The position numbers and the translations under genes are program-made. A stretch of DNA of 64,000 nt, from positions 23,684,001 through 23,748,000 of the forward strand of contig OZ024745.1 of assembly GCA_964016885.1 (NCBI GenBank), given 5' to 3'. Shown here piece after piece: positions 27,004-39,534 of the stretch (positions are counted from its first letter, which is position 1; the number at the start of each line of letters is the position of its first letter). The stretch comes from Eledone cirrhosa (Eukaryota). The notes below the pieces were generated by a model. That model was not told the origin of the DNA and made no database searches. It worked only from the letters and a program-made list of their open reading frames with translations.

Positions 27004-28129
27004 ATAATAATTTACCCTGAACTTATATTATTTGATGTGTCAGTTTTTAAGTTGGTAGCCAAACAGCTGGAGATGGTTTTCATTTAAGTTGCCAAAGGGA
27101 TTTTGTTAAAGGGTGATATCAAGGATGAGCCTTTTTACGATTTTTTTTTTCTTTTGGGGTGCGTAGAGTACGATACTAAGTTGGTTATATTTTTCATAGG
27201 TTTACTTGTATTTTAGTTTTTATTCATTTTTCAAATTCTGAGAATTTAGAATGTTTTTTTTTTTAATGCGAGGCAAGTCTATGAGGCAAGAACAGTACTC
27301 ATGATTCATCACGAGGCCTCCGATACTAGTGGAAGAAGGGGTGGGGGGAGTATTTTAAAACGGGAACCCTTTTCCAAGTACATAAAAGCATACAAGAATC
27401 TGGTGATTGTGCTAAATCGGGGACGAGTTATGTCGACAACACAAGAATTCCTCGGTGGAATTTTAACAAATGGCGTAAAACATCTCACCCGAAGCTCTAA
27501 TAATTCTGTCAATCTACCGAAAGGAAGAAAAGCAAAAATTTACTTTCGTGGGATTTGAACTCAGACCACAATGAGTCCAAACAAATATCCCAAAGGAGAT
27601 TTGGTTTTCGCTTTAATGATTCTGCCAATTCGCCGCCTTTGAATGCTGGTAAAAGTAATAAATCCATCAAATTCTAGAGGTTTTAGATGTGTTTTTGTTA
27701 TTCCCCATCGGTTTTCAGTTATTTGATGAGTGTAAAGTGTCAAGGTCCTTGTCTTAAGGTGTTAGGTCTCGCTCATGTTTGATGTGGCCATTGTTAAAAC
27801 TGTCGATACTACTAAATACTTTCTCTGCTATTTTATTGCTTGATTTATAATACATGTACACTACTGATATTTGCATGTTTTAGTTTTATTTTGTCTCTCG
27901 TCGCCTAATCTCTTCGTTTCTTTGTTGCTTGATGTTTATTTTTATTTCATTTGTCTGCAGGGTTGGTATGGTACATGTGAACTTATTCCTAGTTTTTGTT
28001 TTTACACACACATACACATACACACACACATATACACACACATAGACACCTATATATATAGAGAGAGAGCGATTGGTATATATATATATATACACATACG
28101 CGGCCCCTCACACACACACACGCACACAC

Positions 28130-28292
<163 letters not shown>

Positions 28293-28299
28293 CATATAC

Positions 28300-29140
28300 A
28301 TAATATAATGTGCGACAGTAAATGCAGACTCTGCAGAATTAAGATCAAAGATATCCCTCTTGACATAAACAGATGTCCAAAGATGTCATCACGGTACTAT
28401 CTACCTATGAGGCATGATGTAGTGGCTAAAACACTGTACAATGCAATCCGTAGAAAAGATAGTCCCGACAATAAACACATTAAAAGATACAGCAATGTGG
28501 AAGACATACATATATATAATATGAAAGGGCATTGGTGGAATGTTCCAGTAAAAACCCCAATAAAATGCAGGCATAACAGACCAGATATTATGATATGGGA
28601 CAGGGAGAAGAAAGCATGCACAGTAGTGGAAGTTAACTGCCCAGCAGATGCCAATATAATATCAAAGATTAGTGAAAAGGAGAATATTTATGCAGAACTG
28701 ATGAGAAATCTGCAGATATTCCACCCTGATTATACCTTCAGATTTATACCTGTGATTATTGGGGCACTGGGATATGTTAGTAACTGCCTCAATACAAATC
28801 TTGAGAAGCTGGGCTTCACAGGAACAGAAAGAACACAACTAGTTGGGAAATTACAAGTACAATCCATTAAAGAAACAGTAAAAATATGTAAAACATTCCA
28901 AAAATGTTGCATCTAATAACTGAATATACACATGTAGAGATACAAAGCATATACACATGCACACATACAACTCAAAACATCCACATCCACACATACAGTA
29001 ACATCCATATCTACACATGCATACATACTGACATGCATACATATCTACCTAGTTGATGTTGTGTAAATTCTTGTGTCTACGTTAGAAACCGATTCTCTCT
29101 CTATTGGCAAAAATGTATAAAATCATAAAACCAGACGAAC
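28300..29140 (+). mobile_element. 5'-truncated R4/Dong-like RLE retrotransposon, copy 2
   Basis: ORF 28308-28916: CRLC...CP...RHDVVAK...RHNRPDIMIWDREKK..VVEV..P...K..EK..Y (PD-(D/E)xK RLE); 3'UTR ends CCAGACGAAC then (ATAC)n. Confidence 0.85.
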
Positions 29141-29397
29141 ATATATACATACATACAAACATACACGCACACACATATATATACATACATACATACATAC
29201 ATACATACATACATACATACATACATACATACATACATGCATGCATGCGTACATACATACATACATACATACATACATACATACATACATACATACATAC
29301 ATACATACATACTGTCAAAGCCTCTATCATATATATATAAATAAAAGAGCAGATATATTAATCTTTGAGGTGGAAAAGAAAGTGTGAGTGTGAGTGT

Positions 29398-29481
<84 letters not shown>

Positions 29482-29482
29482 A

Positions 29483-29541
<59 letters not shown>

Positions 29542-29542
29542 A

Positions 29543-29598
<56 letters not shown>

Positions 29599-29630
29599 AA
29601 AGTAGTAGTAGTAGTAGTAGTAGTAGTAAA
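29398..29630. repeat. (GTA)n microsatellite
   Basis: Directly visible. Confidence 0.95.
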
Positions 29631-30317
29631 AGCAACCGTCCAGCAGACGTTAACATCGATGTTAAAAATAAAATAGAAAGAATATATCTAAGACATAGAT
29701 ATAAGTAAATGTAATTTCCTTATATTTGCCAGATATCTACTTCTATTATTACTATAATACTCATTTCTATGAGTTGATCTTCAATTGCTTTTTAATATTT
29801 TCTACTGTTATTACAGCCTTTTATTGTTGTTGTAAAGTTGATTTCGAAATAAAAGAGTATAATAGAATTCTTCATGTTTTCAGCTGCTTCCATTACCCTC
29901 TACAGCTAATAGCCATATTTTATTGGCTTTGTGTATATATATATAAGTAGTAATTTTCGGTTAAAGCTCTGTCACTTTCACGTTTATTTCACAAACAAGC
30001 AAGCTTTATCGTTGTTCGAACACCTGGAACACCCATCGTCTAAGTTGACGGAGGTCCAACACAAACACACACACATACAAACATACAAACAAAGTGACTA
30101 ACACACACGCACATAATGGATATTATTTTTATATACTTTTGCAGATGTACAAATGCTTCTGTGTTTGTAGTTGTTAGTATATACGCATGGATGCGTGAAA
30201 AAAAAAAAAAAAAAAAAAAAAAATCACAATATATATGGTCATGGAAATATGTATAACGGCTCAATTTATAAAAGACTCTAACACATACAACTTCGCATTT
30301 TCCTCTTTATATATATA

Positions 30318-30450
30318 CTTGATCACAAGAATATCTATTTTGTTAATATTTTGAATTAATATTAATAATTCCGGAAAGCTGTTGAGTGCTTCCAATCTAT
30401 TGTAAAACTCATTCTTTGATTTATTCATTGAACCTTGTTTAACCTTTAAA
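30318..30450 (+). mobile_element. Penelope-like 3' tail, same family as 56563-56705(-)
   Basis: CTGTTGAGTGCTTCCAATCTATTGTAAAACTCATTCTTTGATTTATTCATTGAACCTTGTTTAACCTTTAAA is shared; both end at (TA)n. Confidence 0.65.
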
Positions 30451-30481
30451 TATATATATATAATAAATATATATATATATA

Positions 30482-30537
<56 letters not shown>

Positions 30538-30632
30538 TTATACATTTTTTTTTTTTTTAAATATTTTGACGTTATAGTCACTTATATATTATGAAACACT
30601 GTTGACTTCACGCTCACAATAATTTCTATACT

Positions 30633-30680
<48 letters not shown>

Positions 30681-30851
30681 CATAACTACACATCTCTTCA
30701 TCTCTCTTAACTTTTGAAAATCATGGAATTGTGAAACTGGTTACGTTATAAGTGATTGTGAATAAACCTTCTTAAAGTCTACAATTGCCTTTCAACTTCT
30801 TTTTCCTATATTTTTACCCGTGTAGGATATATTAAAATAACATTATTTTCG

Positions 30852-30928
<77 letters not shown>

Positions 30929-30933
<5 letters not shown>

Positions 30934-31130
30934 AACGAGTAGGACCCCGACGGCTGAGCTCAAGCCGTTTCGACGGCTAATTCTGGACTAAAATGTCCAG
31001 AATTAGCCGTGGAAACGGCTTGAGCTCAGCCGTCGGGATCCTACCCGTTCCTATTACCCACTCTACTACCCTAAGTATTGAGTACTTTGGTGCGTTATGA
31101 TCCACCTGGTTCCTTACCACATTTCCTTCG

Positions 31131-31133
<3 letters not shown>
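30929..31133 (+). mobile_element. Fold-back Penelope-like fragment with the 3' half of a hammerhead, inside (TA)n
   Basis: 60-bp inverted arms 30929-30988/30995-31054; GAAAC-GGCTTGAGCTCAGCC-GTC forms stem III and a GUC site. Confidence 0.6.
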
Positions 31134-31188
<55 letters not shown>

Positions 31189-31401
31189 TACAGTTAGGTA
31201 TATTTGAAAAAAGGAAAAGAATGACTTCACTTGTAGTTCTAAATAATTTGAGTTAATTTTATAGTATTATAATATTGAGTTGGTAGATCTCTCTCTCTCT
31301 CTATATATATATATATACATATATGTGCGTGTGTGTGTGTAAAACAGAAATAAGAACACAATCGGTACAGTATATGGAAGGAATATATTAGATTTGGTAG
31401 A

Positions 31402-31451
<50 letters not shown>

Positions 31452-31457
31452 CACACA

Positions 31458-31491
<34 letters not shown>

Positions 31492-31590
31492 GTGTGTGTG
31501 TGTGTAAAAGGTAAACAGAAATAACAACACAATCGGTACAGTATATGGAAGGAATATATTAGATTAACGCTTGAAATAGCAGGAAGAGGG

Positions 31591-31626
31591 TCTTAACGTT
31601 TCCGACGCTAGTCTTTCATCAGAAGA
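31591..31626 (-). ncRNA. Minimal type I hammerhead ribozyme
   Basis: UCUU-CUGAUGA-AA-GAC(UAGC)GUC-G-GAAAC-GUU-AAGA. Confidence 0.65.
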
Positions 31627-31749
31627 ATAAGATAGATTGAAGGGACGGGTGGGGTGGCATCGGAAAAATGTCTTTAGATAAAAATAACAGGTCCATTCAT
31701 ATATATAGTTATCCCGAGTTGAATCGGGGCGTAACCACATAGCAACGTA

Positions 31750-31886
31750 TAAATATTTAATATAGAAATGACTTCTAAAAGACTAGAACTGTTTCATTCG
31801 GAGGAAATCATCAGGAAAGCCTCTGCTTTCCTATACGAAACAGTTCTAGTCCTGTAGAAGCCATTTCTACATTAAATATATATTTA
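31750..31886. repeat. Imperfect inverted repeat containing a degenerate hammerhead core (minus strand)
   Basis: TAGAAATGACTTCTAAAAGACTAGAACTGTTTC versus GAAACAGTTCTAGTCCTGTAGAAGCCATTTCTA; TCATCAG at 31808-31814. Confidence 0.55.
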
Positions 31887-32268
31887 TATGTATATATTTA
31901 TGTATGTTTGTATGTATGTGTGTGTGTACGCATGTACGTATAGTATGTCCATCAACACACATAGTGATATCAATATAAACACACATATTGAGATATATAT
32001 CAATACGCGCAAGCACGCACACATACATACATTCACACACACAAACAAACATGCACGCACATATATAAACAAAATATAAGTATGTTTGCACATATGTATA
32101 TACGCACATATATGTAATATACGCACATATGTGTACATACGTAGATATGAGTGCGTATAATCTCTTTTACAAGTCTGTACATATACATTTACATACATAT
32201 ATGTACATGTGTGTGTGGGCGTATCTGTGTATGTATTCCGGCGTGTGTGTTTCTTTGTGTGTGTATGC

Positions 32269-32368
<100 letters not shown>

Positions 32369-32553
32369 CTGATTGTGAGTGTTTATATATAGAAGTAACT
32401 GTATGTATAAACAGACTGAGCAATGTCGGAAATTGGTAATACCCTGGCGGCCTTCGTAGACGTAAACGGAGCGTAATCTCAGACCACCCGGGGTGTGAAG
32501 TGATACTATGTTGGTGGGGATGGAGATGCTGAGAGGGTGAGAGTGACACTGAG

Positions 32554-32597
<44 letters not shown>

Positions 32598-32689
32598 TGA
32601 GTCTGAGAGAGAGAAAAAGAGGAGAGAGAGAGAGGGGGGGTGACAGCTTCTACGTGATGTGAAGGATGCGGAAGAATGACTCAGTAGTG

Positions 32690-33399
32690 ATGGGGTGGTG
32701 GTGGTGGTGTTGATGGCTCTATTGATGTAGATGGTGGGGATGGAGGTGGTAATAGTGGGGTGGGGGTAGGGTTGATGGTAATGGTGGCGGGGGGTGCTTG
32801 TGTAGTGCCGGTGGTGGTGGTGGATGTACGGGTGTAGATGGTGGGGATGGAGGTGGTAATAGTGGTGATATTGGGGTGGGGGTAGGGCTGATGCTGGTGG
32901 GGGTAGGGCTGATGGTGGTGGTGGTGGTGGTGGTGGTGGTGGTTGTAGTGGTGGTGGTGGTTGTAGTGGTGGTGGTGGTGGTGGTTGTAGTGGTGGTGGT
33001 GGTGGTGGTGGTGGTGGTTGTAGTGGTGGTGGTGGTGGTGGTGATGGTTGTTGTTGTGGTGGTGGTGGTGGTGGTGGTGGTGGTGGTGGTGGTGGTTGTG
33101 GTGGTAGTGGTGGTGGTGGTGGGGGTGGTTGTAGTGGTGGTGGTGGTGGTGGTGGTGGTGGTGGTGGTGGTGGTGGTGGTGGTGGTGGTGGTTGTGGTGG
33201 TGGTGGTGGTGGTGGTGGTGGTGGTGGTTGTGCTGGTGGTGGTGGTGGTAGTGGTGGTGGTGGTGGAGGTGGTTGTAGTGGTGGTGGTGGTGGTGGTGGT
33301 GGTTGTAGTGGTGGTGGTGGTGGTGGTGGTTGTGGTGGTGGTGGTGGTGGTGGTGGTGGTGGTGGCAGCAGATGCAGCATCAACAACAACATCGACAAC

Positions 33400-33434
<35 letters not shown>

Positions 33435-33545
33435 CAGTAGTAGTAGTAGTAGAAGTAGTAGTAGTACGGGTGGTGGTGGGGAGTGGTGATGATGGTACTA
33501 AGGTGGTGTTGTTGGTGCTGTTGGTGTTGTTGGTTGTGTTGTTGG
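32690..33545. repeat. (GGT)n/(GTA)n microsatellite
   Basis: Directly visible. Confidence 0.95.
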
Positions 33546-35325
33546 TGGTGTTGGTGGTAGTATTAGTAGTAATAGTGTTGGTAGTATTAGTAGAAGTAGT
33601 AGTAGTGGTGATGGTGATGGTAGTATTAGTAGTAATAGTGTTGGTAGTATTAGTAGAAGTAGTAGTAGTGGTGATGGTGATGGCAGTATTAGTAGTAATA
33701 GTGTTGGTAGTATTAGTAGAAGTAGTAGTAGTGGTGATGGTGTTGGTAGTATTAATAGTAATCGTGTTGGTAGTATTAGTAGAAGTAGTAGTAGTGGTGA
33801 TGGTGATGGTAGTATTAGTAGTAATAGTGTTGGTAGTATTAGTAGAAGTAGTAGTAGTGGTGATGGTGATGGTAGTATTAGTAGTAATAGTGTTGGTAGT
33901 ATTAGTAGAAGTAGTAGTAGTGGTGATGGTGTTGGTAGTATTAATAGTAATCGTGTTGGTAGTATTAGTAGAAGTAGTAGTAGTGGTGATGGTGATGGTA
34001 GTATTAGTAGTAATAGTGTTGGTAGTATTAGTAGAAGTAGTAGTAGTGGTGATGGTGTTGGTAGTATTAGTAGTAATCGTGTTGGTAGTATTAGTAGAAG
34101 TAGTAGTAGTGGTGATGGTGATGGTAGTATTAGTAGTAATAATGTTGCTAGTATTAGTAGAAGTAGTAGTAGTGGTGATGGTGTTGGTAGTATTAGTAGT
34201 AATCGTGTTGGTAGTATTAGTAGAAGTAGTAGTAGTGGTGATAGTATTGGTAGTATTAGTAGTAATCGTGTTGGTAGTATTAGTAGAAGTAGTAGTAGTG
34301 GTGATGGTGTTGGTAGTATTAGTAGTAATCGTGTTGGTAGTATTAGTAGAAGTAGTAGTAGTGGTGATGGTGATGGTAGTATTAGTAGTAATCGTGTTGG
34401 TAGTATTAGTAGAAGTAGTAGTAGTGGTGATGGTGATGGTAGTATTAGTAGTAATAGTGTTGGTTGTATTAGTAGAAGTAGTAGTAGTGGTGATGGTGTT
34501 GGTAGTATTAGTAGTAATCGTGTTGGTAGTATTAGTAGAAGTAGTAGTAGTGGTGATGGTGATGGTAGTATTAGTAGTAATAGTGTTGGTAGTATTAGTA
34601 GAAGTAGTAGTAGTGGTGATGGTGTTGGTAGTATTAGTAGTAATAGTGTTGGTAGTATTAGTAGAAGTAGTAGTAGTGGTGATGGTGTTGGTAGTATTAG
34701 TAGTAATCGTGTTGGTAGTATTAGTAGAAGTAGTAGTAGTGGTGATGGTGATCGTAGTATTAGTAGTAATAGTGTTGGTAGTATTAGTAGAAGTAGTAGT
34801 AGTGGTGATGGTGTTGGTAGTATTAGTAGTAATAGTGTTGGTAGTATTAGTAGAAGTAGTAGTAGTGGTGATGGTGTTGGTAGTATTAGTAGTAATCGTG
34901 TTGGTAGTATTAGTAGAAGTAGTAGTAGTGGTGATGGTGATGGTAGTATTAGTAGTAATAGTGTTGGTAGTATTAGTAGAAGTAGTAGTAGTGGTGATGG
35001 TGTTGGTAGTATTAGTAGTAATCGTGTTGGTAGTAGTGGTGATGGTGATGGTAGTATTAGTAGTAATAGTGTTGGTAGTATTAGTAGAAGTAGTAGTAGT
35101 AGTAATCGTGTTGGTAGTATTAGTAGTAATCGTGTTGGTAGTATTAGTAGAAGTAGTAGTAGTAGTAATCGTGTTGGTAGTATTAGTAGTAATCGTGTTG
35201 GTAGTAGTGGTGATGGTGATGGTAGTATTAGTAGTAATAGTGTTGGTAGTATTAGTAGAAGTAGTAGTAGTAGTAATCGTGTTGGTAGTATTAGTAGTAA
35301 TAGTGTTGGTAGTATTAGTAGTAAT
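33545..35325. repeat. 63-bp minisatellite built from GTA/GTG triplets, ~28 units
   Basis: 21-codon period in the ORF track (VVLVVIVLVVLVEVVVVVMVM). Confidence 0.9.
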
Positions 35326-35394
35326 GGTCCTCTGGAGGTATTAGTTGTGTTACGTGGAGGAGAGGGATTAGTATTAACAGTGTGCTGTGCCTTT

Positions 35395-37181
35395 AAGGTG
35401 GTGGTGTACCTAGCTAGGAGTAGGCACGGGTGGATGGGACCAAGGTGGTGGTGTACCTAGCTAGGAGTAGGCACGGGTGGATGGGACCAATGTGGTGGTC
35501 TACCTAGCTAGGAGTAGGCGCGGGTGGATGGGACGAAGGTGGTGGTGTAGCTAGCTAGGAGTAGGCGCGGGTGGATGGGACCAATGTGGTGGTCTACCTA
35601 GCTAGGAGTAGGCGCGGGTGGATGGGACCAAGGTGGTGGTGTAGCTAGCTAGGAGTAGGCGCGGGTGGATGGGACCAAGGTGGTGGTGTAGCTAGCTAGG
35701 AGTAGGCGCGGGTGGATGGGACCAATGTGGTGGTCTACCTAGCTAGGAGTAGGCGCGGGTGGATGGGACGAAGGTGGTGGTGTAGCTAGCTAGGAGTAGG
35801 CGCGGGTGGATGGGACCAAGGTGGTGGTGTAGCTAGCTAGGAGTAGGCGCGGGTGGATGGGACTAAGGTGGTGGTGTAGCTAGCTAGGAGTAGGCGCGGG
35901 TGGATGGGACCAAGGTGGTGGTGTACCTAGCTAGGAGTAGGCGCGGGTGGATGGGACCAAGGTGGTGGTGTAGCTAGCTAGGAGTAGGCGCGGGTGGATG
36001 GGACCAAGGTGGTGGTGTACCTAGCTAGGAGTAGGCACGGGTGGATGGGACCAAGGTGATGGTGTAGCTAGCTAGGAGTAGGCGCGGGTGGATGGGACTA
36101 AGGTGGTGGTGTACCTAGCTAGGCGTAGGCGCGGGTGGATGGGACCAAGGTGGTGGGGTAGCTAGCTAGGAGTAGGCGCGGGTGGATGGGACTAAGGTGG
36201 TGGTGTACCTAGCTAGGAGTAGGCGCGGGTGGATGGGACCAAGGTGGTGGGGTAGCTAGCTAGGAGTAGGCGCGGGTGGATGGGACTAAGGTGGTGGTGT
36301 AGCTAGCTAGGAGTAGGCGCGGGGGGATGGGACCAAGGTGGTGGTGTAGCTAGCTAGGAGTAGGCGCGGGTGGATGGGACCAAGGTGGTGGTGTAGCTAG
36401 CTAGGAGTAGGCGCGGGTGGATGGGACCAAGGTGGTGGTGTAGCTAGCTAGCAGTAGGCGCGGGGGGATGGGACCAAGGTGGTGGTGTAGCTAGCTAGGA
36501 GTAGGCGCGGGTGGATGGGACCAAGGTGGTGGTGTAGCTAGCTAGGAGTAGGCGCGGGTGGATGGGACCAAGGTGGTGGTGTACCTAGCTAGGAGTAGGC
36601 GCGGGTGGATGGGACCAAGGTGGTGGTGTACCTAGCTAGGAGTAGGCGCGGGTGGATGGGACCAAGGTGGTGGTGTAGCTAGCTAGGAGTAGGCACGGGT
36701 GGATGGGACCAAGGTGGTGGGGTAGCTAGCTAGGAGTAGGCGCGGGTGGATGGGACCAAGGTGGTGGGGTAGCTAGCTAGGAGTAGGCGCGGGTGGATGG
36801 GACCAAGGTGGTGGTGTAGCTAGCTAGGAGTAGGCGCGGGTGGATGGGACCAAGGTGGTGGTGTACCTAGCTAGGAGTAGGCGCGGGTGGATGGGACCAA
36901 GGTGGTGGTGTAGCTAGCTAGCAGTAGGCGCGGGTGGATGGGACCAAGGTGGTGGGGTAGCTAGCTAGGAGTAGGCGCGGGTGGATGGGACCAAGGTGGT
37001 GGTGTAGCTAGCTAGGAGTAGGCGCGGGTGGATGGGACCAAGGTGGTGGTGTAGCTAGCTAGGAGTAGGCGCGGGGGGATGGGACCAAGGTGGTGGTGTA
37101 GCTAGCTAGGAGTAGGCGCGGGTGGATGGGACCAAGGTGGTGGTGTAGCTAGCTAGGAGTAGGCGCGGGTGGATGGGACCA
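35395..37181. repeat. 47-bp G-rich minisatellite, ~38 units
   Basis: Unit AGGTGGTGGTGTAGCTAGCTAGGAGTAGGCGCGGGTGGATGGGACCA. Confidence 0.95.
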
Positions 37182-37463
37182 TGAAGTGATAATTCGTCTT
37201 CTAAAGGCTTTAGTTCTGCAATGGTGGCAGTGTTGAAGGCAAAAGTGTTAGTGAGAGAGAGAGGGGGGTGATGTTAGTGGTTGTGGTAATGGCTGTGATG
37301 GTTGGTCATACATGTATAGTGCAGGTCAAAGGTTAGATTATTAATGTGTCTGCAAGTAGGGCTGTTATTACTGGGATGGAGAAGGTGATGGTGGTCTTGG
37401 TGGTATTGGCAGTGGTTGTATTGGTGATAGTGGTGGTGGTGGTTGTGGTGGTTGTAGTGATGG

Positions 37464-37464
<1 letters not shown>

Positions 37465-37496
<32 letters not shown>
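37465..37496. repeat. (ATCT)8 tract 5' of Tx1 copy C
   Basis: Directly visible. Confidence 0.95.
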
Positions 37497-37497
<1 letters not shown>

Positions 37498-37698
37498 GAT
37501 AGAGTAAGACACGCTTCGCATCGGCTCCGCTATTCCATCGGGATTTACCCTTACTATTGTAAGTACCGGATACATTTTTTAGTGCAACACATTTGGAACA
37601 CTAACCCCTGTTATTTAGGGAAACATTTTTGCATTTACCCCCTTTTTAGGGGGTAAAATAAATATCTATTTTTGCCGAAAAATTTCTTTCTTGGCAGC

Positions 37699-39534
37699 AT
37701 GGCGGAAAAGATGGCAGACATGTCTGCCATTAGCTCTGCCACGCCCCCCAAGTCTGAAGAACAAAAAATAATTACAACAAAATTAGACATTGAAACAAAC
37801 AAACAAAATGAAAAAACAAATGTTAAGGAAAATGAGCAAACAGAAAACAAACAAACAGAAAATAATACAAATAACGACAGGGCAACTTTCGCCCAGAAAA
37901 CAAAGCAATCCATTACATACACACCAATTGACCTAACTGCCGCCAGAGAAAAACTGGCCGAAGCAAAGAAACATATTGTTTTGGGGGAGAACGGAATGTT
38001 TTCCATTAACTCCCCCCCAGAATTCAAGAAAGCCAGAGCAGAAAACACAGTTATATACAGAACTATACTAAACCAGTCAAGAAAGCCAGCACAGCCCAGC
38101 CAAATGGAAATAGAGTTAGTCCTAAAAGACTATATGAAGAATATTCTCTTCATACGAAAGGACCGACTCTATGGCAGCATTTCGGTCCTAACAAGAGACA
38201 AAGAAACGGCGGTTCAGCTTTCCCTAAGCCCACTCTCGTCGACAACATATAGCTTCTATCCCTCCTACATGGGTAGAAGAACACAGAGAATAAAAGTAAA
38301 AACAATGCTGCCCACAATGGACTTCTGGTGGGCTATTGCTGGCTTCATTGATATGGGCGAAGACACTATGCTGTCAATGGGGAAGGCAACTGGAGATGCG
38401 TTCCTGGGAATGGGCCTCGACATACTAGTCCAAATGAGGCCCGAAAGAATAGCACAAATCCCGGATCGCATCTGGCTGGATGACCTTACCCCAATAGACA
38501 TAATTGTAGAGGGGAGAAGACCAGCATGCTATTTATGCATGGAAAGGGGACACGTTAAGGCTAACTGCCCGAAACGTATCCCCCAAAAAGGACTATTGCC
38601 CACACCCACCACAAACAGTACACCAGCACCACCCACCTCCAAAAATACACTAATACCACACACAGCAAACAAAATACAGACACCACCAACCACAAACACA
38701 ACACAAACATCACCACCACCAGCACCAAACACAAGCACGACACAAAAATCACCACCACCAACCACAACACAAACATCACCACCACCATCACCAACCACAA
38801 GCACGACACAAACATTACCACCACCACCACCACAAAACCCATTCCAAACAAATAATAAAAAAAACAGTAACAAATCTACCCCTCCCGCAAAAAAAAAACA
38901 ACCACACAACACGTCCCTCCCACCTAGCGCTGAAGAGTTTCCCCCAACTTCTGAAGAAGAAGGAGGAGAAGCCTTCAGACAAGTTAAAAGAAAAAAAAGA
39001 AAACACACACCCAGCACACCACAAATAACCCACACACAAACACCAACTCCAATCAAAAACACCCCACCCTCAACAAACAAAAATAAATCTGCGCCTCCCC
39101 TCTCCGAAACATTGACAGCATCACAAAAAAAGACGTTGTAATACACATATATAAATAAAGAAAACAAAAAACTGGTTAAATTAATAAACAATAACCCTAT
39201 GGTGCAGACCGAAGGGCCAAACTTTATCTCAACAGAGAACTTCACCCATTTAAAAATGATAAAGGTCCCTCTGGACCTTTATCGTTCCTTAAAAGAACAA
39301 TTTAGACGGGACGTGAGCCCCCCCTGTTTAAAACCGTTGAATCGCGTCCTCTTGAAAGATTTCCCCATAACCGCCCCTCTCCCTGACACAACTCCAAATA
39401 CCCCAACCCCACCACACACGTGTACCCCCACACCACCACAAAACATCCCTCCACCCAACACACCTGATGCCATGGAAATTACGCAACCCGGAGAGGTAAG
39501 TGCTTTTCTTTCTTCACTTTCAACACCAAAATAG
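37699..39534 (+). CDS. ORF1 gag-like protein, copy C (one in-frame stop at 39139-39141)
   Basis: CYLCMERGHVKANC zinc knuckle; reading continues in frame after TAA as YTYINKENKKL...KPLNRVLLK. Confidence 0.85.

Noticed and set aside
32410-32500. CpG-containing unique island; similar islands at 58840-58925 and 62372-62500
   Set aside because: No recognisable product or convincing splice pair
32798-35344. 848-aa poly-Val ORF and the antisense poly-Pro ORF
   Set aside because: Translations of GGT/GTA repeats with no real domain
35395-37181. CRISPR array or retrozyme multimer
   Set aside because: No spacers, and no CUGANGA/GAAA core in the unit
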